A DNA stretch of 64,000 nt from Schmidtea polychroa (lineage: Eukaryota): NCBI GenBank assembly GCA_044892525.1, contig CM097885.1, positions 238,144,001-238,208,000 of the forward strand, in the 5' to 3' direction. The position numbers were made by a program, and so were the translations under genes. Position 1 is the stretch's first letter. Each line of letters begins with the position of its first letter. Positions 41,601-55,578 of the stretch are shown here, piece after piece. Below the pieces are notes generated by a model. It was not told where the DNA came from. It ran no database searches and worked only from the letters and a program-made list of their open reading frames with translations.

Positions 41601-42537
41601 CAAGTTAAGAATAAGACAAAGTTTGTTAATATAAATTTTATATATCCAAAATTTCTCATTTTCTAATTTAATAAAACAACTCGACGAATTTCTCAAAAAT
41701 AACACTTTTATCACCAATAACTATTTCCACTCGTTTTAATTTATTTACTTTAATTTAATCTTACCCTCTCGGCCCTGCTGGTGGCATTCGCTACCATAAA
41801 TATTACAGGGTTCTACTTACTGTGCTTGTTCATATTGTTACTCTCAATCAATAGATGTTATAGACAGTTTTGACGTTTGATGTGTGTGATTAACCGATTT
41901 TTCAAAACCAAAATATATTTTCAAATCCAAGACTGAAAGGTTTAGTGTAAATACAAGGAAAGTGGATATAGAACGAATTTTTGGAGTGAAATGTCTCGTA
42001 ATATTCCAATCAACTGAATTTCAGTGTTATGTCCATCAAAAATATTTATACTAATTCAATATCAATGTTTATATTTTACAAAATTTTAATTCGAAAGTGT
42101 AAAAGAAGTGGAATATATACTGGGAAAATGAAGTGAAAATAAAGTACGTTGTTTTCATGTGAGCAATTTAGTAGTATGTTATGAACCCGTATCACCAAAC
42201 GTATAATGCTGGCCACCTCCTTAAAACATTTTCAGTTAAACTTCATTTTTTAATAAATCAAAAAATTTAAATATTGATTTGTTTAAATGCATCAAAATCA
42301 TTTGCTGTTTAATTTTAAACCAATTATTTTTATCTTTTTCATAATGTTGACCGCAAATTACGTATTTTGAAAATTTCCTGGTTGAGTAAAATACACCTTA
42401 ACAAGAAATGATTTAATTTAAAGAAAATATTCAAATTAAATAAAATTTGTAATTTATTTAGATTTTACTATTATATAATAATAATAAGTCTGATAACAAT
42501 GATTTACTAAGCTAATTTAAAGTTAACGGAATCTAAG

Positions 42538-43114
42538 TTATTTAGTAGTAACCCTGGTACGTTTATTCCATGAGAAATTTGATCCATAGGACTTTGGCTT
42601 TAATATAGGTTTATTGGGCATTTCAATTTGATAATTTAATCCCATTGAAGTACAATAATTGGCAGCAGATTCAGCCGAATCAAACTCTAAAGACATGTTG
42701 GAAAGAGGATCACCAGTACTTGTCCAACCCATTAAATTATTTTCCCATCTTTCTCTTTGATCAAATTCAATTCGCCAATTACGAGTTCCAAACGTTCCAG
42801 ATTGCATAGCATTTTTGCAGGGCATAAATATACGAACAAGTCTAGATTTAATATGTTCTTCAGGGACACCGCTAATAATATCAACTACTTTACCATCTGG
42901 AACTTCTATGGTTTGTATGGATTTATTACAAGTAAGTAAAGTTTTAGACTAAAAAGTAATTAGATGAAAATAAAATCTAAATATATCTTACGTCTGCTTC
43001 CACATCATTCGATCGACTTTTGTATTTCCAAGTATTTTGCTCAGAAATTTCTTTTCGCCACTCTTTTGTTTTCTTTATGGGAATAGTCTTAGATGTCCTG
43101 TAAATTTGATTCAT
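42538..43114 (-). CDS. NDUFS4: NADH dehydrogenase (ubiquinone) Fe-S protein 4, complex I
   Basis: SGVPEEHIKSRLVRIFMPCKNAMQSG..WRIEFDQRERWENNLMGWTSTGDPLSN...KSYGSNFSWNKRTRVTTK. 43-nt intron 42949-42991; start codon uncertain (43114 in frame; another ATG at 43156). Confidence 0.93.
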
Positions 43115-44995
43115 ATATATATAATTTTTACCAGTGAAACTTTTAAATAATGCCATTACTAAAAATAAAAAAAATTAACGTTTGGGTTGTATTAAATTAA
43201 ATTTTATTAAAATTGACAAATTTAAATTTTATGTGTCCTTGATAAAATCAAAACAAAACACATGCAATTCAAATTGCAACAAAAAATTTTTCAAAATTTG
43301 TAATTTATATTTTTAAAAGATATTAAAATATTTTATTTCATTTTAAATATTCATAATTTTTATTTAAAATTACTAAATTATTTAGAAATGTATTGATTAA
43401 ATGTATTACACAAAATTTAATTAATAAATTAAAATTAGATTTTAATAATATTTTTTTGAAAATTTTAGATACAATTTAAATTTTAATGTGTCATTGCTGT
43501 TAAAAAATAATTTCTTATTTAAATCATTGGTGGTTTGATTATGGCTGATTCCGAAATCCTGTTGTTTTAGCAATTCCTAATTAAAAGCTCACATTCTGCT
43601 GGTATCACACACTTGACAAATTACTAATGTTGCTTAACAACGGGTGCCAGATGTGAAGTACATTGTTTTTTAGATTCCGGCAGAAACGTTAGAAAGCTTT
43701 TTTTTCGTTTACTGCATCAGCATTATCGTAATGACGGTTTAAAATCAAAAATAATCCAACAAGTCTTTATTCTTTTTGTTTGTTTTAATTGATAGGAAAA
43801 TAAAGGTAAAGCGTCGATGGAGGCACCAACATAGCAAATAAAAAGCACTGAGATTAATTAAAATGAACTAAAAATATCAAATAAACAAAAATACAATTAT
43901 AACACGAGAAAATAAAAATAAAACAAAATTCAGAAAATGCACAAAGTTACACACGTTACATACGATAAGAGCATTAAAGCAAAGAAAATCATCGCGAATA
44001 AGAGACACAAAAATGTAGAAAAACACTCGCGAATCTATGCGAAAGATTGCGTATAAAAGCGATATATCGACCAGGCAGGATCAAAAGAAAAAGGAATAAT
44101 TATAACATAAATCATTAAATTAAAACAAAGGATTAAAACAACAAATCAAAATGGAATTTATAAATGAAACAATGGAATTAGAAATTAGAAATATACACCC
44201 AAGCTTGATCCTGATTGGTCAAGCAAACAGTGAAAAACCTATATAAGAAGACTCCATGGACATTTTATCTTTTAAAAATATTTTCATTTAGGTAAAACTA
44301 TTTCTTAATCTTGATCTTTTAAAAAAATTTTCATTAAGGACCTTGTAGAAATTTTCATTTAGCGAAAACCCAATTTAATTTATCTATTTTACCGGAGAAT
44401 ATTTTTCAAACTTCGATACTTTTGTACTAGAAACTTGTTCAATCCTTATGTTGGGTGTACGTGGGGAAAATGGATAACTATTACTATTATGCACACAAAC
44501 TCTCATCATTCCGCTCAGACGCTTCCCTCGTACACGCCCCATGATCATGCAAATATTCCCACGTATGAGCCCGTAGTGATGTTCTACGTTGGTGCTGCCC
44601 ACACGGGTCGGAAGAAGCTAGCAGGTGAGCCTCTATCTTAAGACTACTCCTAACTCCCTCTCAGTTCAGGTTCTATGGTGCCTTAGAAGGACTTACCCGT
44701 TCCTACATTTGCAATCGGCCCGACCCTGGTCCAAGAGGACGGCCTTCCTTCAAGGATGCTATTCCAGTTTAACAATTCAATCATGCATTTCCCTCATCAT
44801 TCTCATCATTCAATCAACGAATAAAGAAAAATAAAATTTGTATTACATTCAAAAAAAAATTATCGAGACCGAAAATCGTACACCAACATGCAATAAAATA
44901 TTAATCACACAATACCGACGAATTGTTAGATACAGAGATATTAGTTAAAGGTCTTTTCGAATATGAGAGATGGATCCCATCGTCGGGTCGGAATT

Positions 44996-45757
44996 TCAGA
45001 ACGCGTCTCCATCGGCGAATACTTCGTCTATGTCTACCGGCAGCCTACGATCCACAAGATACTTAATGCCCTCGGCTGGAACCACTTTGAATATCTCCTT
45101 GGCCGGAATTACGTGGGTGGCTGAGATATCCTTAATTGTGGACTGGGTCATGGATAAAGAAGCTTCTAGCGCCGCCATGGCGTTCCTGCGCTTCTGATTT
45201 TTCTCCGAGCGTGTTAATCTATTGCGTTTCCGACGTGGCTTGATAGTTTCTACTGGGGCCTGTGACATAGGTTGAGGTACTAGAATCGGAGCCAAGATAG
45301 GGTCCGATGAGCCTCCTGCCATGGGTCTATAGCCCGAGAGAATTGGAGCGGGAATTGGCGGCAGATGCGGCCCATGCCCCTTACAACCACTTGTAGTTGA
45401 CTGTGCCGATTGGTGGTGGGTCGGGACCACATTAGTCCCGTCTTGCACTGGATACTCGCGAACTCGTTTCGCTATTTCTGATTCCGAGTAAACTTTATGG
45501 AGTGCCTCTGATTGGGCTTTTATGGTTAGCCTCTGGCACCGACTTTCTTCTAGGAGACTGTCTCGGCAGTGCTCCAGACGCAATATCTTACTCTTTTCCT
45601 CTTTCATTTGTGGCGGGGAGAACCACGTGCCTTCATAATGATCGATTCTTTTCTTTAGTGCCCCGATGTAGAGGTGAAGCTGCGCGATGTCAGCATTTTT
45701 GTCCGCGCAGGAAAAACAAGGACGAAGAATTTTCTCGGTGTTGATTGGGGTAGTCAT
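44996..45757 (-). CDS. Unknown 253-aa protein (CxxC, coiled coil, Pro-rich, basic NLS-like), probably a retroelement accessory ORF
   Basis: Intact GC-richer ORF preceded by an acceptor-like tttag; no family recognised. Confidence 0.45.
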   Translation of the reverse strand: MTTPINTEKILRPCFSCADKNADIAQLHLYIGALKKRIDHYEGTWFSPPQMKEEKSKILRLEHCRDSLLEESRCQRLTIKAQSEALHKVYSESEIAKRVREYPVQDGTNVVPTHHQSAQSTTSGCKGHGPHLPPIPAPILSGYRPMAGGSSDPILAPILVPQPMSQAPVETIKPRRKRNRLTRSEKNQKRRNAMAALEASLSMTQSTIKDISATHVIPAKEIFKVVPAEGIKYLVDRRLPVDIDEVFADGDAF

Positions 45758-46444
45758 CTAAAGATTAAAAATATTTTTATTTGCCTATTTGACATCGAGT
45801 TTGATTGACGACCGTGCTTTCACGACGCTGGTTTTACCGCACTCATTCCATATAAAAATGCAATCAAAAGAGACATTATCTCACACATACATTCAACATT
45901 CGTTCATAAACTCATTCAGACCCCCAAACATCCACGGTGATTCGCACAAATCTCTGTAACTTATTTAAAAGAAAATGAGAATAACCATATTAATTTGCTC
46001 GTCTAAATCAATTTCATCTCAAGTTCGGGGTGTCGATTATAGTTAAACATATCGCTGCTATTCGCCATATTAATATAGTGTCATTAATCAGGTTTGTGAT
46101 TTTACTTAATTACATTTTTCTTTGCACTATTAATTTTATGAAATTGTCTATTTTATTTTTAATATATTATTATTTTCAAATCTCCGCTGGACTCGTTGTC
46201 ATAACGACGCAACCTAAGGTGTTTTTGTATGGAAATATCTCTATCCGTGTGTATTGTGAAATACCGTTTGTAAGTAGAATGTCTCTGCACGAAAAGTATT
46301 GCTTGCTCATTTATTTCTACATACCGTTCTACTGGCTCAGGCGAAGCCTATGCTATTATGTAATCTATGACGTCGTACAAGAACGTTGCCGTTTATATTA
46401 CAGTCATCTTCTAGAGACGAATTTCTCTACAGCATGTGGGTGTA

Positions 46445-47787
46445 CACCTAACCGCGAAATATAACATTATCTATAATCTAAAAAAAAAATCAATAAATAT
46501 ATATTATAGGAACACACAAACTTACCTGTGTGTAGAAATTTAATGCCGCGAAATTTAACATATTTATTATAGGAATCTAAAAAGTGAGAGAAAATAATTA
46601 AGCACAGCACGCATAATGAAAAATACATACAAAATTAAGTAAAGTGTTTTTCATGCGAAATTCAGATTGATTAACATATAATTAACATATCAATATTTTT
46701 AAATTATTTAAAAAATTATGTACAAAAAAACTTTTGAATCAGATTCCGACTGCTCTACGTTGAGCTTTAGGGACAAAAAAGAAGATACATCGTAAGATTT
46801 AATTATAAAATAATTTGGAATATAAAATTTATTTAGATTTACAGATATTTCACAGGACACAGTGGCTTTTTGCGAAGTTGAAGATCTGACAATGTAAGAT
46901 TTATTCATTAAAATATAAAATATTAAAATATTTTACAGTATAACAGATATTTCTTTGCGTGAAGGTACCATTTCAAATATTGAAGAAGGTCCTTCGACAA
47001 CTTCGAATTTGCAAGAAAAAAATCGCAAATCGTAAATTTTAATAAATTATTTTAACAAATTAATATTTTCAAAGAATTACAGAAATAGACAAAATTCGGC
47101 TTATTAATGCATTTGAAAATGGGGACAATTATAAAGAATTTGGAAGATTGCTCGGAATCCCCAAAAATTCAATTATTTCAATAATTTACAAATATAAGAA
47201 ATATGCCGAAATTACAAAAGGAAAAAGAAGTGGCAGAAAACAAATTATTTCAGAAGAACAGGGAAATAATTTGTTGGATTTTGTCGAAGCCAATTTTTAT
47301 GCAACGTTAGAAGAAATGCTTATAAAAATTTAAGATTATAAAAATTTAAAAAACTATTTCGTTCATGTACGCCGATTTTTCCCTAAATGTATTAAAAAAA
47401 TAAATGTGTATGGTGATTACTTTATTTATTTATAAATATAAAAATATTTAACTTACATTTTAGCGAAATAATTCCATATTAATGCATAAAATATCATAAA
47501 TTTCCTAAAAAAACACCTGAAATTTAATTATTAATATATTTATAAATGATAAATTATAAATGATGACTAACAGTAATATTTAAGAACTTGAATAATGATC
47601 TCATAATTATATAAAATCAAAATTCAAGTCCTAAAAATTACTTCAATTCAAAAACTTACCTTAAAATGATTTTTGAAAAATAGAATAAATGAAATTAAGT
47701 TAACATTGTCATATAATTGGTGACTCACCTCAGGTGGTGTGCACACCAACGTATATTATAGACAATGTTAACTTTCGCGGTTAGGTG
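46445..47787 (+). mobile_element. Tc1-like element, internally deleted
   Basis: ~33-bp TIRs cacctaaccgcgaaa..taacatt.tctataat with TA flanks; N-terminal HTH remnant LLGIPKNSIISIIYKYKK..GKRSGRKQII (47148-47333). Confidence 0.85.
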
Positions 47788-50199
47788 TATGTACTCCTAT
47801 GGCATTATCTACTAGAGTTATTATGAGTAAAGGCCTTACGTATGTGTATGTGATTCGAAGGGTTGTGCGTGAGCTAAAGCTAATCATCTAATCTCTGTGG
47901 TGTTGTAAATTCACGATAGCAGCTGTCAACGCACTCAATGGATGAATCGTGGTGGAAATTATTACGTTACCTCAGTCTTCTAATATTGGTCGATTCATAA
48001 TCGGATAACTTTTATCTAGCTGAAAATTTTTGTCGACAACCAACTGCTAATGCTTATAGCGCTTTCGCTCATATTGACCGCAAGTAACTGATAATGACTA
48101 CTGATGTTGTTTACCTTATTTTCCGGGAATCGAAGCTTATCAGTAGCCTAAAAGTCAACAATCCAAATTAAAAAGTGCATCGGCACAGGGTTTCGTCGCT
48201 ACTGCTCTGGCGATCTAAATCTCTATAAGAAAACCTAACGATCATTCATACGCATCTATTTGGAATTTGGGCTAAAACAGTAGATTATTATCTATGACTG
48301 TGCAACTCACTACGACGAAAAAATGCTGAGGAAATAATTATGTCCAATTTGAGCTTAATGGAATATAAATTCGACCTAAAAGAGTAGATTCACTTCATCT
48401 CAATTGCTCCGAAAAATTCGGTTGGATTTACTATTTTCGTTTCTAACATCGTGATCTCAATCTCACTACCGACGGAATATTTTCTCTGTCGATCGCAAAC
48501 TTCACTCGGTGAAAGAAAAACTCCTCTAATCTCTCTTACTTCATACTCTGGACGTCCTCACCCCTCCTGACCCACCCAAGAGCGGCATACATTGCTGCCA
48601 CCACTCTTGGACCGTCAGGAAGGACGATTCCATCTCTCCGCATCTCAACTTCATTGGTATATCGAATGAACATTGACATAAATGACATAATGCATTTGAA
48701 TGAATTAAATTCGTTAAAAACCATAAAATTATATACCTGGCGACCACGCCGTCTGAATCTCGAACATGATGCTATGCGATAGTATAAATGTTACGTTTCT
48801 GGTGAACTCTATTTCACTAAAATTCCCGATCCCATTTTCTCGTTTCAAATCGTTCTCATATACTTTTCTGTGAATATTCATCTGAGCCTCCGCATCATAT
48901 TCGATCTCCAGACAACGCCGTCATCAGCACCATAGAGAGAAAAAAACCATATTGTGTTTATAACTTTTTATTAAGAATAAATTAGTTTTTATTATCCAAT
49001 TTATATAAAAATATCAATAACAAAATACGAACATCCTGCTTACTAAGATTGTTTCCTCCGAGAGTATTAGAAATGGTTTATGAGTCCTCTTTCAATACAC
49101 TATTAGTCCAATAAAATCCGATAGAACTGAGTCCTGTTGAATATTAAGTAAGTGTCTGAAAGTTTAGTTCCTGAAATATTGGTATAGCTGCTTAAGAGTA
49201 GTTTCTGTAGAGTTTCGGTAGAATAGTTGCGTAGTTCTAAAGTCCTGTAGAGTATAGTGGTTAAATGGTTAATAAAATAAAGTAATTTTACCTGTAGAGT
49301 ATAGTGGTTAAATGGTACTCTACAGATTTTCTTCATTGCTTATATAGTATTTTCCGTCCAATCAGGACGCGATTAGTGTGTAATATTATTGTTTATTATT
49401 ATTTTTATGTTTTTTAGTGTAATATGTTAGATTTTTACGACTTTTCTTATTTTTATTATTATTTTATTTATTTTCCTATTTTTATTATTTTCCATCGCTT
49501 TTCTTATGACTTTATTGTTATTTGATTATAATATAATTTTCTTTTGTTTTAATTACTTTATATAAACGTTTGCAAATGGTTTTATTTCTATTTTATTCTT
49601 AGTAACTTATTTATTTTCCTTAAATTTATTATTCTATTTCCTTCTGCTATCCTAGATGTTAGGTAATTTTCATTTCCGTCTTACTTTTCATCTTATTAAC
49701 TTTATTAATTTATTATTTATATTATTTCCTTTATTTTCTTATTTTCTTTTATTGTTATCTAATTTTAATTGTTCTTATAGTTACTGTATTTTTTCGGGGA
49801 ATTTACCCTATCCTTTTTATTTATCTTTAACCTGGTTTCTAATACTCTCGAAGCTTAGCCCAACACTTAGTTGAGAGACGTTTTTGGAATTCAGTAATAT
49901 CTTCTGAAATTTTAGTGATTTTGATTGTTTTTATTTATGTAATTCTCTGTCGTGATCCCAAGTAATTTTATTCTGAGATGGTAAAATTTAAGACCTTCCA
50001 ACGGCAGTCTAAGACCCTCACAGGAAATTCATGAGAGAGTAATGCTAACACAGGCTCTTGCCTGCCCCATGTTCTCATCCGACTTGGTACAGAACGAACA
50101 TAAAAGATCACAAGTGCCTAGTTGTGAAGTAATAGTTATGTGGCTAGTTGTGGAAATTTGACTATAGTACTCGCTTGATAATAAAGCAGTAGCTCTTGT

Positions 50200-53100
50200 C
50201 GGAAGCATGAACCAATTTGTTTAAATCTACAAAATCGTTTCATCCTACTCGCCCAATAATTGTAAATCTGATACCCATTTCAATCATAGGCAAAATATTA
50301 TCTCAAGCTTTACATCGTCTTTCTTTTAGAACACTGGAAATCATAGATTTTGTCGTTTGGATTAATTCATGAAATTGGTTAAAATATGGCGATGAAAAAC
50401 TTTGTTTAGTCCCGATGATTACGTTGAATACTTTAATTAGCTTGCTTCTCAAATTTGATCCATTGTCTGAATGTACATATTTTGAACAACCAAATTTAGT
50501 AAACCACTGTCCCAAATTAATCTTGCGTCTGATTCAGCAGTAATATTTCTAATTGGAATAAAGTATGAAAATAATTTCCAAAATATACTTATTATCATGA
50601 GCTGTCGTCATAAATGATCCAGTGATATCAATTTCTATCATTTTAAATATTTAAGTTATTAACATATTTTGAAGTGTTGTTCTTGTTCTTCCGATTTTAT
50701 CTTTGGTCTCCTTATAAGCTTTGCACATCAAGATACTTTCTTTCGTATATGTTAGTATATCTGACCAAAAATATTCGTTTTAAATTTCTGTGAAAATTCT
50801 TTTCAATTTCAACATGTCCAAATTGGTAATGATTATTATCTCTTTCAGTTTATCCACAGGTACCACTTCTCAATAAATTCGATTTTTTATAAATATAACC
50901 AATCACCACAAACTCTAAGTTGGTCTTTATTTTTATATATCTTTTTAGAATCGTTATATAAATTTTTAAATATCTTCATCTTTGCAATCATCTTTTATAT
51001 ATGTGGATAGCCTATCAATTTATCCATTAACCTCAATGTTTTCTTTATTTACGGTACACTATACTCTTTCAGAACTTGTTTCAAATTTGGAATCTGGACT
51101 ATCTTACACTTAACCATTATGTCTCTTTCGCGGTTCTTGATGTTGTAATTGAAACTGTTCGCATCTTGGAAGTCTTGAAAGTGTATCAGCATTTGTGTGA
51201 TCTTTACCCATTCGATATTGAATATCTATATCATAAATTTCTAAATCAGCCTTCCACATCCAGAATTATGACGTATTTGCAGAATCCACTGCCTGATAAT
51301 AAGTTCGTACATTAACTTCCTGCCTAACAGATAAAGTTTATATTTAAGAACAAACCCATCAATGACTTAATGTTCCTTCCGAGTGATACAATATTTACGC
51401 TGTGATGTTGTAAGACATTTCGATCCATACACTATTACATTTTCGAAGCCGCACTGAGATAGTACATCATCGATGCAGTCATGTGAAGCGTTTGTATCAA
51501 GAATAAAAATACCATCATCGATCAGCAAATTCAGAATTAGAGTTTCCGTTAATGATTTCTTCAGTAAATAAAAAGCTTCTTTACACCCTTCATTCCATAC
51601 GAATCCGTTTTCTTTCCTCAACATTGTCGATAATGGTTCTGCTTTCTCTGTGTAATCTTTAATTAATTGTCTATAATACATACACATTCCAAGAAAAGTT
51701 TGTGATTCTTGATTTGTTGACGGGATATTGATGTTATTTATGGCTGTAATTTTATACAGAAAACACAACAATACCTTCACTTTATATATGACCCAAATAT
51801 TTAACTTCATTCTGAAGAAAATGACATTTATCTGGCCTTTTTTATTCTTGACAATATATGTCAAAGTCTTTGATTAATTCACAAAAGATTCACAATTTTA
51901 ATGTTATAAAACTATACTTATCATGTTTTGAAATGGAGCCAGAGCTGCGCATAATCCGAAAGGCATTTCTGTAAATTCAAACTGTCCACATCTTGCACTA
52001 AACGCTATCTCTGAATCTCAGATTCGTTTAGCGGTACCTCATAGAATTAATTAGCCATATATAAGGTTGTAAAATACTTTGCATTGTCAATGGAATAAAA
52101 TATTTCAGCGCTACTAGGTATCGGAAATATTGGTCGAGTTATTTTCACATTCAAAGTTCGATAATCAACAAATATACAAATATCACCATTTCTTTTCTTT
52201 ACGACAACATCATCAATTATTTCGAATATTTGTCGCACTGTTTGCAACACCAACTGAACCTCCAATAAAATCTTAAATGGGTTTTCATTTCTGTACCATT
52301 ACCCCAGGCATTTTTTACTCACAAGATTGATATCAGCACCAGTATCAAACATTATTCGTGTATTACATTCTTCTACTTTACCATTCACAACTGGCTTATT
52401 AACTGTCTTCACCGAGTTACTTATAAAAATTTATGATGAACAATTAGCAATGCCACATTTCGGTTTGTTTGCAGAGCCTTCGATGAAACTTACATACTGA
52501 TTAATCAAAGATAGCCTTAACTTATTTATTTTCTGATTATTTGATAATGAATTAACTTCTGAGCTTGTAAATAGCTCTCGTTCCTCAATTTCGTTAATTT
52601 CTTCCTCTTCATTAATTATTTCTTCCAATGCTCAAAATCTGTTGTTGTAATTCCCATACTTTTCACTCATTTTGTTTGTGCAAAATCTTTGAAAGTGCCC
52701 GAATTGGTTGCATCGAAAACATTTTATTTGTTTCTTTTCAAAATGACAACTTCGTTTAATATGGCCTGTTTGATTACTTTGAAAACATCTAATCTCTGTC
52801 AACGGTGGTTTCGGCAATTTAGGTATTTGATCTAAATCTTAGCCCGTGATACATTCATATTTCTTTTAGTATTCCTGATCTAATTTGAAGTGTTTTTTCA
52901 TTGGTTGTTTTATCTCCTCTAGATCAATTTTGTCTTCTATCTTTCTCAAATAATCCTCCTTTCTAATTTCCTGATCGTCTTCATCCTTAATCGAAGCAAT
53001 TGCTTCATCAATTGACTTTGGCTTTAAATATTTCAGAGCTTCAGAATACTTTTTAAAGCTAGATTATTCATGAAAATTTTTAAAATAATATTTTTGTCAT

Positions 53101-53200
53101 AAATTCTCAATTTCATTGCTTTAATTTTGATTCTCGTAGCGAATTCCACAGTATTCTCTGAATTTTCTTGTACTTTATTCATTAATAATTACCTAAAATC
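50200..53200 (-). mobile_element. Decayed Ty3/Gypsy LTR retrotransposon 2 (gag-PR-RT-RH-IN)
   Basis: Two CCHC-type knuckles (52632-52817), FDTGADI protease (~52345), RT IFVDYRTLN..PIP, FLGMCMYYRQLI, RNase H FILDTNAS..YCITRKE, integrase HSDNGSN; Gypsy domain order. Confidence 0.88.
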
Positions 53201-53425
53201 TACATTTTATAAATACATTTTTAATCAACTTCAGTAGTATTTCTTTAGTATTTTATATTAATTAAAACTATATTGTAAACTTTAATATTTTTATAAGATC
53301 TACAACTTTAAAAATATTCTATGGTATCAGATTTAAATTAAATCAAAAGTCCTAAATCATAATTATAAGGTCTTTTTCTTTGTTTATTTGAATATATTAA
53401 TAAAATTTGGAAGGAATTTTTTTGG

Positions 53426-54343
53426 ATGTCTTCTAAATCCTCCAGGTTTTACATTGTGATTTCGTATTTGTAAAATATTTGATTTTTTATAAATGCAGAT
53501 ATGGTAATTTTCAGTCCGTATTATCTGAAAATATAATAAATATTGTACAGTTAAAAAAATTATGCATTGATGGTTGCATAGATGAAGTGAGGCCATTAGC
53601 TTGGAGAGTAATTGCATATGTAATTTAAAATTTAATTTAATATTTTATAGATATTACTAAATTTAATTCCACCAAAAGCAGAGGAGTGGCATTCTCATTT
53701 AGAAAAAATCCGCTCACAATATGAAAATCACATACGAGAATTCATAATTCAAGCTGGCTCTACTGCGAAAACTGAAGATCATGTCTTTCTATTTTTTATT
53801 AATAATAATTTTAACATCAATTTAGCCACTAAATTCGGATCCTAAAAGTCAATGGGTAGAATATTTTAAAGATAATGAAATGCTGTTACAAATCAACAAA
53901 GATTGTAAACGATTATGTCCTGATTTAAATTTTTTCCAACAGCTCACTAGATATCCTTTAGGTGGTATGAGCAATGAAATAAAAGTCGAAAATACTTTGC
54001 GTAAAAGAATTGAGAATTCTAATTTGGAAGTAAATATTAAATTCTATCAATTACGTTCATAAAAACTAAATGACTGAGTTGTGAGTTTTCCACACTGAAT
54101 CTGTTAATATCATTTTTTAATTCATATATTTATAATTATATTAAACTATTCACTTTAAATGCAAAATTTTAACTTCAATGATAAATCACATAGGGATTAT
54201 TATTTCCAAGGCTAAATAATTCCTGTACTCCATGCAATAAGGGAAACAAGGTATTATAGTCACTAAATTTTTAGAAATTATAATCCTAATAACTAATTTT
54301 AAAATATTATTATATATTTATTGTAATAAATCTTTTTAATTCA

Positions 54344-54382
<39 letters not shown>

Positions 54383-55519
54383 ACTAAAGAATCTTGACAA
54401 TCCGCAATTTTTTTAAATGGCAGTGAAATGCTAAAAAACATAAAATTTCAATTTAAGAGATAAAGTAAACAACGCGTTAAATTTATTAAAAATAACACTC
54501 ACATGCTTTTGGAATAAGCGTTTCTTGACTTAATTGATTATTAATTGTTTTCTAGGGGTCATCCATATATTATGTACGCACTGAAGGGGATTGGTGTGTA
54601 CCGAGTGTGTATTTAAGGAAGGGCGGTGCTCCAACAATGCGCATACATGTACCGAGGGAAGGCGGGTGTCCCAAGTGACTGATTTGTGTACGAGTGCGTG
54701 TGGGAAAAGGGGGTGTCCCAACAATGCGCATACATGTACCGAGGGAAGGCGGGTGTCCCAAGTTACTGATTTGTGTACGAGTGCGTGTGGGAAAAGGGGG
54801 TGTCCCAACAATGCGCATACATGTACCGAGGGAAGGCGGGTGTCCCAAGTTACTGATTTGTGTACGAGTGCGTGTGGGAAAAGGGGTGTCCCAACAATGC
54901 GTATACTTGTACCGAGGGAAGGCGGGTGTCCCGAATTACTGATTAGTGTACGAGTGTATGTGCGTATGGGGAAAGGAGATGCTATAACAATGCGTATGTA
55001 TGCAAAATATAATGATTAGCACGTACATAATATACGGATGGCTCCCTATTGATTGTGAGTTGGTGTAAAACAGAATTTTGTGAATTAAAATTCATTTTTA
55101 TGAATTCTATGGTACGCTTTAATTCCAGTCTAAAGATGTTTTAAAAGACCGAATGGGCAAGAATATTGAAAAACAATCAAGATTTGGTAGTAATTCATTC
55201 GATTCAAATAGATTGAATGAGGATCAAGAAATGCACTGGGAAGTTGTTCAGAGAATTCTTTTTATATATTGTAAAACCAATAAAGCCCACAGCTACGTTC
55301 AAGGAATGAATGAAATAATCGGCCCACTTTATTATGTTTTTGGTACCGGTTCAGATGAAATTACAAGAAGTAGTTGATGTGTGTATGTGTGCGCGTGTGT
55401 TTATCCATCAAATTTAGGAAACGCTGAAGCAGATACATTTTACTGTTTCATTGAAATTATGCAGGATGTTCAACCGCTTTTTATTAAAAGCCTCGACTCT
55501 GATCCGTTATGTGGAGTTC
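53426..55519 (+). CDS. TBC1D13: TBC1 domain family member 13 (Rab-GAP), 5' exons; 3' exons not found in the window
   Basis: Spliced MSSKSSRYGNFQSVL..RPLAWR|ILLNLIP..TEDH|PLNSDPKSQWVEYFKDNEMLLQINKDCKRLCPDLNFFQ..|..HWEVVQRILFIYCKTN..YVQGMNEIIGPLYYVF..|NAEADTFYCF..KSLDSD; last donor gtaag at 55520. Confidence 0.92.
54555..55045. mobile_element. PIF/Harbinger-type MITE carrying ~4 copies of an 87-bp GC-rich repeat, in a TBC1D13 intron
   Basis: TIRs ggggtcatccatatattatgtacg / cgtacataatatacggatggctcc; 3-bp TSD cta; units start at 54631, 54718, 54805, ~54891. Confidence 0.8.
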
Positions 55520-55578
55520 GTAAGTAGTCAGTTATTATTATATTTTCTAATTTCCTCTCAACAACTATGATATATCTA

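Noticed and set aside
54530..55019. Four overlapping Cys/Gly-rich repeat ORFs, or a CRISPR-like array
   Set aside because: 87-bp tandem units inside a MITE; no unique spacers and a eukaryotic context.
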